A stretch of DNA of 64,000 nt from the human T2T-CHM13v2.0 reference genome, Homo sapiens. Position 1 is the first letter of the stretch. Each line of letters begins with the position of its first letter. Both the position numbers and the translations under genes were made by a program. Shown piece by piece: positions 1 to 13,916 of the stretch. Below the pieces are notes generated by a model that saw only the letters and a program-made list of their open reading frames with translations, did no database searches and was not told the origin of the DNA. The stretch is taken from the NCBI RefSeq assembly GCF_009914755.1, contig NC_060928.1, one strand, 5' to 3'.

Positions 1-1362
1 GTAGAAAAGGTTTGAAATTGTTGGTGTGGTCAATGGGCCAGAACCTACTAGGAAAATGTAATCAGACTGGAAGCAGTGTTGGAGGTACAACTGAGGTTGA
101 TGGGCATGGATTTAGAAGCACACTGATTTAAATATTTTATCTGCAAGCCCGGAACTAACTTGTTTGTCATTTTCTGGAAACATTTTGAACATTTGAATAG
201 GGTCTGACCGCGGGTTTAGTAAACTGAAAGGATTTGTTTTTCCTCTATTATTGAAAAGAAACAACTTTACGTAAGTATTCCTTCTTCCTAATTGCACTGT
301 TACGTTAGGCCATTTCTACATAAACTTCCAGGTAGATTTATGAAGTACAGACTTAGTGTGGGGTATCATAAGTAGGTCATGCATACGGCAACTTTCATTT
401 CATTGCTCTAGCACCTTTGGTGACATTGAAAGCACAAATGTAATCTTGTTCCTTGATCCAGCTGTAAATTTTCAATGTGAAATCATTTGAGTTTGTTCAC
501 AGGAATTGTTCTGGATGTCTGTGGAATTGTAACAGCCACCAGAGGAAATATTTTTACTTACTTCCTCTCTTCTCTTGTACTAAAGAATCAAATTAGTGAC
601 CACAGCTACCCTCCTTGTCATGACTGACACATAAGGAGAGCAGTCTGGCAGTTGACAATTAACAAATTGCATTTTTTTCTTTTTCCTGGGGGCATTAGGG
701 ACATGATATTTCTCTGCTATTTTCACTAATTAGGAACGGGTAAATCTCCTAAGACCCTGTGATTGGATTCAGTTTGGATAAGGTTTATCTGGTTGTCAAA
801 TTGATACATGATATGAAATGAGTCAGAACTGTCTACATCTTTACACCTAACTGAATTAGCGCTTCTCTTGCATCTAATGATCCCAGCCTGTCTTCTTTGT
901 TCTGTCATGAATTGACTCATTATAATCCACTTTGGATTGTTCTACTCTAACCTCCGACCTATCTTTCAAATCCCACTTTATACCTAAATATTATTTTTCT
1001 GTCTTATGGGCAATAAATGGTGTGTGGGTTGGAAGCAGCTTAACATAAGAATGATTTGATGCTCCAGTCATCCTAAAAATGAGATTGTTCTGAGAGAGAA
1101 ACTAACAACCTAATAATGCATTAGATCAGTCAGATGCAAATTCTTCTTGATGTAACAGAATAACTTCTGAGAGGGAGCAGGGCTTTGACTTATTAACACA
1201 TCTAAATAAAAATCCATTGGTTAAAAGGGATTTGGAGGGGAAGAAGGGGATCATATAAATGATTTGAGCAGTTGAAGAAGTATTAGGCCATTGAAATTTG
1301 AGGAAACATTTTAGAAATTCTGGTAATATCCGTAATGTCTACTAACATGTATGTATTGCTTA

Positions 1363-1974
1363 TGTTGCAGCTCAGAAAATGATACCCGAACTTCTTCTGA
1401 CCCCCTTTCTTTCAGCCTCATTCTCCCCCAGAGGTTAACCACCAGAAACTAGATTCCCTGTTCTCCAAGGCAGGTCAGAGAAACTAGAACTCCATTTCTC
1501 CAAAGTCAGCCATAAAACCTAAAAATATTACTCTAACTTCCTTCCACATGTTTGTGTAAGAACTGGCCATAAAGAAATTCTCTGACCTACTGTGTCCGAT
1601 AGTAGGGTCATAAGACCCCTGTTCCAGAAAGGGTCATCTGACATACCCCGTAGAAATTAATGCTGCACAGAGAGGTCAAGAAGAATCTGAACAGAGAGGC
1701 CTTTCTAGCTTTCCCCGATCAATCTATTTCCATTAGCTCATACACTTTTTGTCCAATCACATCTCTACAAGGCTGACACTGCTTCATCAAACCTAAGTAT
1801 AATATCAAATAGTTTCTTCTGTATCTTTGCATCTTTAATGTGAAGTCTCTCATCATGTAAACTTAATTAAATTTGTTATGCTTTTCTCTTATTGTTCTGT
1901 CTTTCAATATAGAAGTGTTGACTGTGACCCTTATAATGTGTGGGAAAAAAAGTAATACTCTTTTCACCCCGTGA
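1363..1974 (+). mobile_element. MER39-family solo LTR (ERV1)
   Basis: Begins TGTTGCAGCTCAGAAAATGATACCC. Contains GCCATAAAACCTAAAAATATTACTCTAAC, GGTCATAAGACCCC and AAGAAGAATCTGAACAGAGAGGCC as in the recalled MER39 consensus, and is visibly related to 55479-56099. Confidence 0.75.
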
Positions 1975-2004
1975 GTGTTTCACCATACTCTAAAAGATTT
2001 ATGG

Positions 2005-2160
2005 GAATTATTTTACGTGATACTCACAACAGCCCTATGAGGTAAATGATTTTTCTTTTTAATATTACTGGGCAGATAAGAAAACACAGGCTCAGAGATT
2101 TTTAGCAATGGGATCAATTCCAGAATCAGTAAGTGTTGGAAATGAGTTTGAATTCCAGAG
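2005..2160 (-). mobile_element. MIR SINE fragment
   Basis: CTCACAACAGCCCTATGAGGTA ... AGGCTCAGAGA ... TTTGAATTCCAG is the reverse complement of the MIR core. Confidence 0.6.
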
Positions 2161-3675
2161 GCTATCAAACAACCGTTTCTTGAACTTGCTAAGATGAATG
2201 GTGGGGAGAAAGAAGAAGACTATCTCATCATTCTAATCTGGAAAACCAGAATGAAGTTATATGTGTTTCCTAATTTCCTTAGTTCTGATAAGCATCAAAT
2301 GAGATATTATATAGGAAAAGCACTTTGCTCAAATATTGTGTAGCTTTAAATCTCAGGAGCTCTTGACTGGAAAGTAAGCAAATATTACTCTTCAACACAC
2401 CTGGAATGCACTGGTTAAATGAGAATGTGTTTTTAAGACCACACTGAAATGTTACAAAAGGGAACATGATTTGAAGACACATATCAGAGAAGTGGTCAGT
2501 TTAATAGGCAGTAACAAGAGTCTGAGGAATGTAACATTTGTGATGAATCTGTTGTATGAAAAGAACTGAGCAAATATCCACTATCGCAGAGGTGAGTTTG
2601 TGAAGCCTGATACTTAATGAGGCCTGGAATTACCATTGCTATTGCCATCGATAGTTCTTCCTGAGAACAAGCTACTTTTCACTTCAGAGTATATTTAATT
2701 TATAAATAACACAACTATCCAGTAGACACACTGATACTTCCCTCTAGGACTGTCAAATAGCCACACAATGAGCTGTGAATGAATTATTAATATTGTCTGT
2801 CAATGTTTTTATATGTATGAGAATTAAGGTAATTCTTTTATAATTCTTTACAATTTTCCTTTATAATTCTTTCAACCTGTAACTGCTAAGCTTCGTAGAG
2901 GTTTAATTAATATTTAAATTTGGGTTTCAATTACTGTACTTTGTTTTATTCCATTCCCTGCTAGTTGTTAAATTATTTGAGAGGAACTACCTACTGAGAT
3001 TATTGGTGGTTATAAATCCAAAGAAAATACTTAGTCCCATGCTTTTCCAACTCTTTTTGACTCATGGTACACATGACAATATTTACGTGCTACTGGGAAG
3101 AAGTTGCTTAAGATTTCACTGTCTTTGGGATAATAATATCTGAGTAGATCAGTAGATTTTGGCTCAGTGTTTGGCAAGCTCTGTGAACCATATCAATGTT
3201 CACTAAAAACAGTGTTTAGTGAGTTAGAATGAGTTAGAAACATAGAAGTCATTATCACAAAGAGATAAAAAATATAATGCGTATTTCAATAAAACTGAAT
3301 ACAACTTTGTGTTAAAGTTTCTTTCTACTGATAAAAAAACAACTTTGTTCTAATTAAATCATTTACTTCTGTCTTAAAAGATAACCTATGTTGATTGATT
3401 TCAGCATACAGCTTAGGAATTAATTTTTGTCATAGCTTTGGTAGAAAGACTACTTAAGGAATATACAACTTTTATGCCCAGAGAAAGTTGGCTGAACTCT
3501 GATTTTAAGTCTAAACAGGGCTCCATGAAAGAACATTCATATACCAATAAGTTTTATATAGATATTTAAATACATTGTGATTCATCAGAAATTATATGAG
3601 GGTTTGGGAAAATTACTGAAAGAGGTTTAATTAGCATTAACACTAGGCAAAGTAACACTAGGCAATCTTTTGTTC

Positions 3676-3976
3676 TTTTTTTTTTTTTTTTTTTTTGGAG
3701 ACAGTCTTGCTCTATTGACCAAGCTGGAGTGCAGTGTTGCAATCTCCGCTCACTGAACCTCTGCCTCACGGATTCAAGCAATTCTGCTGCCTCAACCTCC
3801 CATGTAGCTGGTACTACAAGTATGTGCTACCATGCCCGGGTAATTTTTGTATTTTTGGTAGAGACAGCGTTTCTCCATGTTGGCCAGGCTGGTCTCGAAC
3901 TCCCCATCTCGAGTGATCCATCCACCTCGGCCTCCCAATGTGTTAGGATTACACGCGTGAGCCACCATGCCTGGCC
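3676..3976 (-). mobile_element. AluS (Sx-like), full length
   Basis: Poly-T 3676-3696, both arms, ends GAGCCACCATGCCTGGCC. Heavily CpG-decayed. Confidence 0.95.
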
Positions 3977-4074
3977 CCTTTATTTCTTCTTTTGCATTGC
4001 ATGTAGAGGTGCTAGCTGAGCCTTTAGTGCTCACTCTGAAACCATAGACAACAGAAAGGTAAGATAAAATAAAT

Positions 4075-5650
4075 ACACATTCATTCATTTATTCATGCAC
4101 TCATTCTCTCAATAAATACTTTTGGTAGACGTAGTAGGTAACAGTCTAATAGTAACATTTTATTACTAGGTACTATATTATTCCAGATGTGGGAGATTCC
4201 TCAGTGGAGAAAACAGACAACGATCCTTAGCTACATGAAACTACATTATATTGATGAGAGATGGAAATGAAAAAATTATTAAAAAATACGTAGTATGTTA
4301 GAGGATGATAGGTGCTACATAGAACCTATAAAGCAATGACAAAAAATAATAAATTTTTTTCAGAGAAAGTAGAGTGGATTTTAGATAGGTTTGCCAGGAA
4401 AGCCTCACTGAAGAATGACTTTGAGAACGGGCCTGCAGCCAGGTGGAAGGAAGCATAGTGATATTAAGGGCCAGAGCCTTTCAGGAAGAGGGAAGAACGG
4501 GGGCAAAGGGCCTGAGACAAGGAGGGCTGGCACATTTGAGAAAGTTTAAGGAGGACTGCGTATCTGAACAGAGAAACTTGGGGGAGAGTGAGAGAAATAA
4601 AGTCAAAGGGTTGCAGATGTAAGATTTTGGAAGGTCTTGTAGGTCATAGTAAGATATTGACTTTTATAATAATAATTATTTTTTTAATCCCCAAGTTTGA
4701 GTGGGATGAAAAGTTGTTGAGTGGAGTGAAAAGGGAATTGAGCATAAAAGTGGCTTTATTGGACTTGGGTATCAATATGATTTTTTCTGGTTGCTGTTGT
4801 GAGGGTAAGGGCAAAGGCATACATTGGAAAACTAGTTAGGAATATAGTATGGAAACAATCCAAATGAAATTTGATTGAGCTTTGTGGATCTGGGTGGTAT
4901 AGTTGGACTCATGAGAGGTAGTCAAATTCTGAATATATAATGAAGGGTCATCCTGAAGATTTTCTGCAAGGTCTGATATCACGTGGTAAGAGAGAAGCCC
5001 TCTAGTCATGTACATCCCCAAGGGCTATGGACTGAATGTTTATGTTCCCTCCAAATTTATACATTGAAATCTTAACCTCTAATGTGAAGAGGCTATGGAG
5101 TCAGGCCTTTGGAGGTAATTAGGTTATGAGAGTGACTCTCATGAATAGGATTTATGTCCTTGTTATAAAAGGGACCCCAGATAGCTCTCTAGCGCTTCTT
5201 ATGTCATGTGAGGAAACAGCAAGACAGCAGTGATCTGCAATCCCAAAGAGTACCCACACCACAACTGACCAAGCTAGCACCCTGATTTGGACTTTCCAGC
5301 CTCCAGAACTGTGATAAATAAATTTTTAGTTTATAAGCCACTCTATCTATGGTATTTTTCTTATAGCAGTCTGAAAAAACTAGGACACTAGATTTCTGCT
5401 CTGGCTCAGAGAGAGAGAATTTCAGTTAGTTGAGATAAAGAAAAGAATTTAAAAAGCATGACAAAGGAGGGGCCACACTGGGGGTCAGTTTTGGACATGA
5501 CAACTTTGAGATGCCTATTACATATCTAAATATAAATGTCATGTTGGTGGTTGTGTTTTGTTCTGTGACACTCTGAGGTGAGATCTATGTAGTGACACAC
5601 ATTTGAGAGTCAGCAGTGTATAGGTGGCAATTTATAGTGTTGTCAATCAG
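4075..5650 (-). mobile_element. L2 fragment interrupted by MLT1A
   Basis: TTCATTCATTTATTCA...AATAAATAC is the reversed L2 3' end. Purine-rich L2-type body on both sides of the LTR. Confidence 0.55.
5023..5387 (+). mobile_element. MLT1A-type MaLR solo LTR
   Basis: GCTATGGACTGAATGTTTATGTTCCCTCCAAATT ... CCAGCCTCCAGAACTGTGA ... AATAAA ... TTATAGCAG ... AGGACA. Confidence 0.85.
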
Positions 5651-5929
5651 CATATTTTTTTAAAACCAATTCTCAAACTCTTTTAACTCTGTAAAGAGTT
5701 AAGAGTTAGGCTTTATGGTATGATGTTACTTCTATACTAATCCCCAAGCTGTCTTCCTCTGGATTTATTTTTTTGCAAGATAATAAAACATTCTGTTTGC
5801 CTAAACTACAGTTTTTTAAGTCTTTGTTGGTAGTATTCCAACACGTTTTTAACTTTCCTAACCATAAGATGCAGCCAGTAAATTAGACAAGGCCCAATGC
5901 AAAATGAAGCAGTCTAAATATTGAATAAT

Positions 5930-6130
5930 GAAAATTAGAACCTAGAACTGTTATTCATAGACATAATTACTACCTAGAAAATCCACAAAAATCAGCTATA
6001 AACTATTAGAACATAAAGTATGCTATTTGGTGAGCTCACGAATATACAAATATAAAAAATCAAAATCAAAATTTCACTGATAAACTATCAATAAAAATTC
6101 TTAAAATATGTGAAAAGAGACCTCTTATTT
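5930..6130 (+). mobile_element. Old L1M ORF2 fragment
   Basis: ACATAATTACTACCTAGAAAATCCACAAAAATC...AACTATTAGAAC resembles L1 ORF2 around the DDM-IVYLENP motif. Confidence 0.5.
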
Positions 6131-6639
6131 AGATGAGCAAAAGTACCTTTTTGCTGCAACACTATTGATGAAGATCCAGAAAAATAACTAAATTATTGAT
6201 ATGTCAATAATCATAATGCAATAGGCAGAGAAAGCATTTTGTGTGACTGTGTTACCACACACTCAAATGAATTAATTTCTTCTATTTTCTCCTCTCTAGA
6301 TGCATAAATTTCTAATTAATATTCGATACATGAACCAAATAATCTAATTTCTTTTCTGCTTATTTTAAATGGATCTTCCTTTTCCTGGATTTTTCTGTAA
6401 AAGCAATATTTTATATCTTACATATAATTCTTGCATATTAGCAGGTTTCATTTGATATCAAAATATTGCAATAGATGCTGCATCCACATTTTATAAAAGT
6501 GGAAGTAGTAGCAAAACTATTTGATTTTTTAAATGTAAATTAGGTAGCAAATGATGATAATGAAATTGAAATGTAAGACTTCTGAGTCCAAATTGTATTC
6601 TTCCTTGGGTAAATAATTCATTACATTCACTGGTAAATG

Positions 6640-6955
6640 GTTCTCCTTACCTTACCAGCACATAAAAAGAGAAACTTCCCTGCACCTGTTGTAGCTGAAT
6701 GTGGTCACATGACTAGTCCTGGCCAAAGAGTAGTACCAATTCTATTTAATTACTCATGTAAGAGCTCTCTTCTCCATGTGGTTTTGTGCCTAGAAAAATC
6801 TAAGAAACTGTCAGTAACTATTAGAGACACGGGCTGCTTGAGGGACTTGGAAGTCAACCCATAACAGCCATGATGCAGATGGAGCACATAAAACTTTGTT
6901 GCTAAAACCACTGATATTTAGAGTAATTTATGTCTTCAGTAAAATATTGACATAT
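6640..6955 (+). mobile_element. Old MLT1-type LTR remnant
   Basis: ACTTCCCTGCACCTGTTGTAGCTGAATGTGGTCACATGACTAGTCCTGGCCAA, plus an AAACCACTGATATTT-type 3' end. Confidence 0.45.
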
Positions 6956-8880
6956 GTTTTAACAACTATCTCTTAGGTTTTCTATAATTCAGACTTACAG
7001 TTTCTATATATATATATCTATTTTGAAATTCATTAAAGCTATTGTAATTTTCATTTAACCATAGACATATCTTTTATAAAGTAATGGCAATGAACATAAT
7101 TTTACTCAGAAACAATGTGAAATTACATGTTTTATTTCAGGAAGAAAATGAGCTTCGTAGCAGGCAGGAGAGAGATATCTATATCAATCTATATATCTAT
7201 CTACATATCTATTTATATTTGAAAACTCATAATTATAAACCCTGAAGGTATGTAAAATATCTTAGTAGTTTTCAAGTGGAAAATAGTCTTAAATACCATC
7301 TCAAAGTATAATTATTTTAAATGTCCCTATCCATATTCATATATATACATATATCCCGTAACATGAGTGGTGTTGAGAACATTTCCTCTTCATGATAGCC
7401 TGGAGGCAAATTTTAAAGACATACAGCTCAGCCACCAGAGAGACTGCAGAACTGATGAAAGTCAATTATGTTATGAAAAACCCTTTATTTTCAAAGAGAG
7501 GAAATACTGGAAGAATTTTATTATCAGCTGTAACTATTATAAAGCTTATGTTTTTCCTTTTCAATTTTGAAACACTGGAGATGTCTGCAGATTAAAAACT
7601 ACAGCTTCTTCAGTGAAGATGTGGCTGAGAATAATGCTGGTCAGTATATTTGAAAAGAGGAACATGTCTTGATTGAAAAGACAGCAGAAGGGCTGTGCAT
7701 AACATCACAGAAGTTTGGGAAGATATGTGCAGCAAGAAGTAGACTAACAGCAAATTCAGAGTTACGTCCAATGTATAGAAATACTCACTGAACTAAAACA
7801 CTTCATTTTATATATATATAAGGTATTTGAAATAAACACACAAACAAACAGACAAAAAACAAAAAATTGCATACAAGGCATTACAGTGGCAAATGAAGCA
7901 GTCAGGTAGACGCACCATGACTCCTGACAAGGTAAAAAGCACAAAAGGCATTTCACAGATACTGAAATTATGAAGAAATAAAAAAGTCGTGTCTCCAAAG
8001 CATCCTATAATTCTCCTTGCACCTCATTGTGTTCAGTGGCCAGAAATACAGAAAGTGGAACAAGTGTACAGAGTTCGTCTCACTCCAGAGCAAGAATTTA
8101 TTTTGAATTTTCAGGAAAAAACAAAGTGAAACATTTTTACAATGTTTGCTGAACCCTTCATGTCTTCATGAAGAAACCAAATACAGTCATCCGGGAGCTC
8201 TGGATGAGAAGGGGGACATTTGCAGACTATGGTGATTCTGGAGGCTGAGAAAGCCACTACTCTTATGTTTATTCCCCCAGAGCAGCCACAACCTCTATTC
8301 TAGGTAAGAAACAATTCTTGGTGCCACTGCCTGATCTAAGACATAGCATTAATATCAATGGGTTTGATCCTCTGAGTTTTATATTCAATTATTGTAATAC
8401 TTACAAATGATTTTTTCATCTTTCCAGAAGAACAGGGGAAACTTCACTACCCTATAATCTCCCTCAATTTGATTAGTCCATATTGGTATCTTTCCTTGGT
8501 AATACTCCTTTCTGGGTGATAGTTTCTGTATGGAATAGTCTCCATTTGGTTGCATGCAACCAAAACTAACTCTGACTGTATCCGAATAGCAGCAACGGCA
8601 ATAAGACAAGAGCAGATATATCAGAAACATGCTGTGGCACCTCAAGAAATCTAAGGGTGAAAATAAATGCCAGGAATGGACTCCAAAAGAGATGCAGATC
8701 TACCAGAAGCCGAGGAGCAGAGCTTTTGGCCTCCACTTCTCTCTGCTGCACACTTCACTTTTATACCAGCCATCGTTTTCTGTTTCTCAGTTCATTTGTC
8801 TAAACAAGATCATCAGATGCTATTGTATATATGCTCACCTACTGCTGCCGTGAGAAAAACTAGCATGGGCTTCTCATTAA

Positions 8881-9208
<328 letters not shown>

Positions 9209-9560
9209 CTCATTAACACTTCTTAACTTTCTAGAGAAGACCACTGATTTGCCCAACTTGGGCTAGATTGTCCCACAATGGCCACATTATCCTAATAGTG
9301 GGTTTCTTAAGAACTATGTGAGCAGGAGGTGTTAACATTCCTAACATACTAGTTTGTTTGTTTATTTGTTTGTTTTCTGGAAGAGAAGATATTAAGTGCC
9401 TGTGTAACAACTGGAATCTCATTTAGAATTCAACAGTTGCAGCAACCACAGAATCTTGTTGACCTATCCAACCTTTGAGAGGAACTTCTTTATCCATTAT
9501 ATTCTCTGGCTATATCTGAGAAAAACAAAAGAACGTGCCTTCATTAAGGGCTGAGCAGTT

Positions 9561-9783
9561 ATTTTGTTTTTTTTTTTTGTTGTTGTTGTTGTTTGTTTTC
9601 TGAGACGGAGTCTCACTCTGTCACCGAGGCTGGAGTGTAGTGGCGCCATCTCTGCTCACTGCAACCTACACCTCCCAGGTTAAAGTGAGTCTCCCGAGTA
9701 GCTGGGACTACAGGCACGTGCCACCATGCCCAGCTAACTTTTTGTATTTTAGTAGAGACAGGGTTTCACCGTATTAGCCAGCA
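9561..9783 (-). mobile_element. 5'-truncated AluSc-like element
   Basis: T/(TTG)n tail, right arm and part of the left arm. TGAGCAG flanks at 9552-9558 and 9784-9790. Confidence 0.9.
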
Positions 9784-9836
9784 TGAGCAGGTTTTTTATC
9801 CTCCTTCCTGCCTGTGAAATGTTGGAAGACCAAGAA

Positions 9837-10245
9837 TGTTATGAGTTGAATTATGTCTCTTCCAAAATTCATAGGTTGAAATAATTCCCAGTACCTCTGT
9901 ATGTGACCTATTTGGAAAGACCTTGTTGAAGACATAATTTGTTAAGATGTGATCATTCTGGAGTAGGGTGGACTACTCCAGAATGATCCTTATAAAAGAA
10001 AGAATGTTGGACACAATTACACATAGAAAGAAGATGATGTGAAGAGATGTAGCGAGAAGATGGCCATCTTTAAGTCAACAAGACGGCCCCAGGACAAATT
10101 GTTCCCTCACAGCCCTCAGAAAGAACCAACCCTCCAACTCTCTGGTCTTGGATTTCTACTATCTAAAAGTGTAAGACAATTACTTTTGTGATTTAAGTCA
10201 CTGATTTTGTTGCATCCTGGTATTCCAGCACAGCAAATTAATATG
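9837..10245 (+). mobile_element. MLT1B MaLR solo LTR
   Basis: TGTTATGAGTTGAATTATGTC start, internal CCCTCACAGCCCTCAGAAAGAACCAACCCT, TSD-like AAGAA/AAGGA. Confidence 0.85.
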
Positions 10246-11074
10246 AAGGATTACTTTTAATTTTATGTTGTTGCTGTCTTTTTTGGTTCAGGTTGATGGT
10301 TCTTTGTGTAGTTATATTCTGGCAGAAACAGAGTTGGCTTATTACCAACTTGGTCTTTAACTAACTTTGTATACTAATCTCCACACCCAAATTTCTTTAA
10401 CAAAATTTCTGTATTTTGCTGCTCTCTTTTATCTATGACACTGTCTCAGGAATTAAGTGCAAGGTGCTACGAGTCTATCAGTCATACATGAAAAAGTCAT
10501 ATCCTCAGGGTCTTTTCCCTGAGTCATGTATCGTCTAAATCAATTTCTTGTCAGAAGGTTTAATTTTAATCAGTCTTTGTGACTCAAAGCCTCTCCCAAA
10601 TTTTTCTATCATGTCTTCTAGTTTAAAAATATTGCCTCTTCCTACTCAATGAGAACCCAATTTCTTGACTCTTCTTGTTCTCCTTTAATCATATTTGTGA
10701 ACTGGGCTATTTTTTCTTGAGAGCATCTTTCTTAGACTACTTTTTAAAATGAAGGGAATAGTAAAGATCTACAATTAAGCGTTTATTTTTTCCAAATTCT
10801 CCCATAAAATAACAAGCTACTTCTATGCTATCACTGTCTCAGGTTATCATGGATTAATGTTTTACCAAAAGTTTGCAGTATCATCAATGAGCATCCTTCC
10901 GGCTTCCAATGATTGGGCTGTGCCCTGACTCTCAAGACAATGCTGCATATTTGAGGTAAGATATTACTTCAGAGCTCCATTTCCTGAAGCAATTTGTATA
11001 CAGTCAGGACAGGCTAGGTTATGGTGCAATAACAGCCGAAAAGAAAAATGGCTCATAGTTTTTTGTATGTGGTA

Positions 11075-11782
<708 letters not shown>

Positions 11783-13035
11783 GTCAACACTGGGGAGTAA
11801 GGTGGTATACTAATACTTATCGTGCCAATACTAAATCCTGAATTAATGGACTATGAAAATAAGAAATGATTTCATCATAGTTATAGAGAAAAAAAAGGAG
11901 AGCTCTTATTGGTTTTACATAACAACAAAATGCTTTGACTGAAAGTGAGATATATCACATTGTGTTAAAAATTCATTGACCAGCCGAGGTTACATGACCT
12001 TAGACAACAAGAGTCTCTAGAAGTGTAATCCTACTATGAGACAGAATGGAAGGATGAATTGATATATTTGTTAAACAGAACAATATAGGGAATAATTATA
12101 CTAGATTTCTCTCTCTCTCAAAATGGATAACTGAATAGCAGAGGACTTAAAAACTTTAGAAAGAAATAGAATAGCTATTTGAATAATTGTTTCTGCTTCC
12201 AAATTCTTTATTGATTATTCTCACCACAGCAATTTTTCCCTTCGATTGTACCAACCTGAGATATTGTCAAAAGCAAAACACAAAAAATAGGGACCAACAT
12301 ATAATATAGGGAAAGAGAATGAACCTTAACAGAATACATCAGGAAAGTAGGGACTGGGATAAAAGGTGTATTCAAAAAATATTGAAATACTACTATGTAA
12401 ATCCTGATATTTTAATAATTATTTTAATTTTCATTTTAATAGTCATAGTTAATGTTCATATAACTAAAGAAAAAATACCTATGCATACTCAGCTATGCAG
12501 TTTAATTTTTAAAAAACAGATTATATTTTCCAGATATAATGATGCTTGAAGAGATGGAGTCAAATATAATACATTTATGTAGGTGAATGAAATAAGGAAC
12601 AGAACATACAAGCCTGTAGCTCACACAACCCATAGGCTCCAGGCAAATCTAGACACACCATTGCGTCCCACATTTCCAAGCATTAAGGTGACCCTGACTC
12701 TTTCTATGAGAAGTGCTTCAACAGAAACTTCTTGGCCTAAGGGTCCTAAGCATGAGAAATGCATTATCTCCTGATACAGCTTTTCTCTCACTCTCCAGCT
12801 TGCCTTGCGAACTGAGGACTGTCCTTGATGGAAGCATTAATAGGCCTTTCTAGCCTGAGGGCAATTTTGCTTTTTCATAGTCAATAGACTACAGATTTGG
12901 AAAAGAAAGCATAGTCTGAAACTCATTTTAAACATGTATCCACTAGTCTTGGGTGTTGGAGCAACCTGAGCTTGAGAATAAATTCTGTTTTCTTTCATTA
13001 GGCATTTATGCACCACTTCCTTCTGCTACCAACTT

Positions 13036-13036
13036 T

Positions 13037-13067
<31 letters not shown>
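13036..13067. repeat. (TTTA)8 microsatellite
   Basis: Read directly. Confidence 0.9.
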
Positions 13068-13068
<1 letters not shown>

Positions 13069-13491
13069 TTTTCTTATTGTCATTTTCCTTTCTACTTTCA
13101 CATCTATTTCATATTAAAAGAACTTTTTACTTTCTTGGATCTTCTCTACCATCTGGTAATGTTTTTTCATTTGTTTCTTTCTATTGTTGTTCTCCTTGAA
13201 TATGCTATGGTTTACTCTGTCTTAAATCCCTAAATGCTACATTCTCTCTGTTTCAATGCCTCAAATACTGACTTTTGACCTAGTGACTCTCCTGAAAAGA
13301 CGTTAATGATTTCATTCATTCACTCATTCACTCATGAAATACTTACCGAACCCCTTGCTTTGTTATAAGCAATGAGTATAATGTGATGAGTCAAACAGAT
13401 AGAGAGCAGCATCCAGTGTTTGCTTACATGTGTAAATACATATAAATAAAATGTTAAAATGTGAATATAAATTACAGTTTTTACTACAAAC

Positions 13492-13916
13492 CAGGGGTTA
13501 ACTAGCTTCCACCTGCAGCCTTTTTTGTAAACAAAATTATATTTTGTTAGATCTCAACTGGAGGCAATATAGCCCCTCAGGAGATATATGGTAATACCCG
13601 TATGCATTTTTGATTGTCATAATTTGGGGGTGCAGCTGACAACTAGTGGGTATACTAGGGATGATGTAAAACATCTTATAATACACTGGATGGTCCTCCA
13701 CACCAAAGAATTATCTAGCCTAAAATATGAATAAGGCAGAATTTAATTATGTCCATTTATACACAGCAATATTCATCTTTTTTTTTTTGGTCTGTTTTCT
13801 ATGGCTGCATTTGTGCTACCATGACAGAGTTGAGTAGCATTGATATAGACCTAAGGCCTACTGGGACTACCATATTTTTTCTCTGACCTTTTATAGGAAA
13901 GAGGTATTGGCTCCTG
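13492..13916 (-). mobile_element. MER58A (hAT-Charlie MITE), interrupted
   Basis: CAGGGG start, TTTTGTAAACAAAATT, then CTATGGCTGCATTTGTGCTACCATGACAGAGTTGAGTAG ... CCTTTATAGGAAAGAG ... CTCCTG end. Confidence 0.75.
13545..13755 (+). mobile_element. MER20 (hAT-Charlie MITE)
   Basis: TCTCAACTGGAGGCAAT ... TTTTGATTGTCATAATTTGGGGGTGC ... CTAGTGGGTA ... AAAGAATTATCTAGCCTAAAAT. Confidence 0.8.

Noticed and set aside
5676-5707. Small bulged hairpin AACTCTTTTAACTCT/AGAGTTAAGAGTT
   Set aside because: Short, AT-rich and imperfect; not distinguishable from chance.
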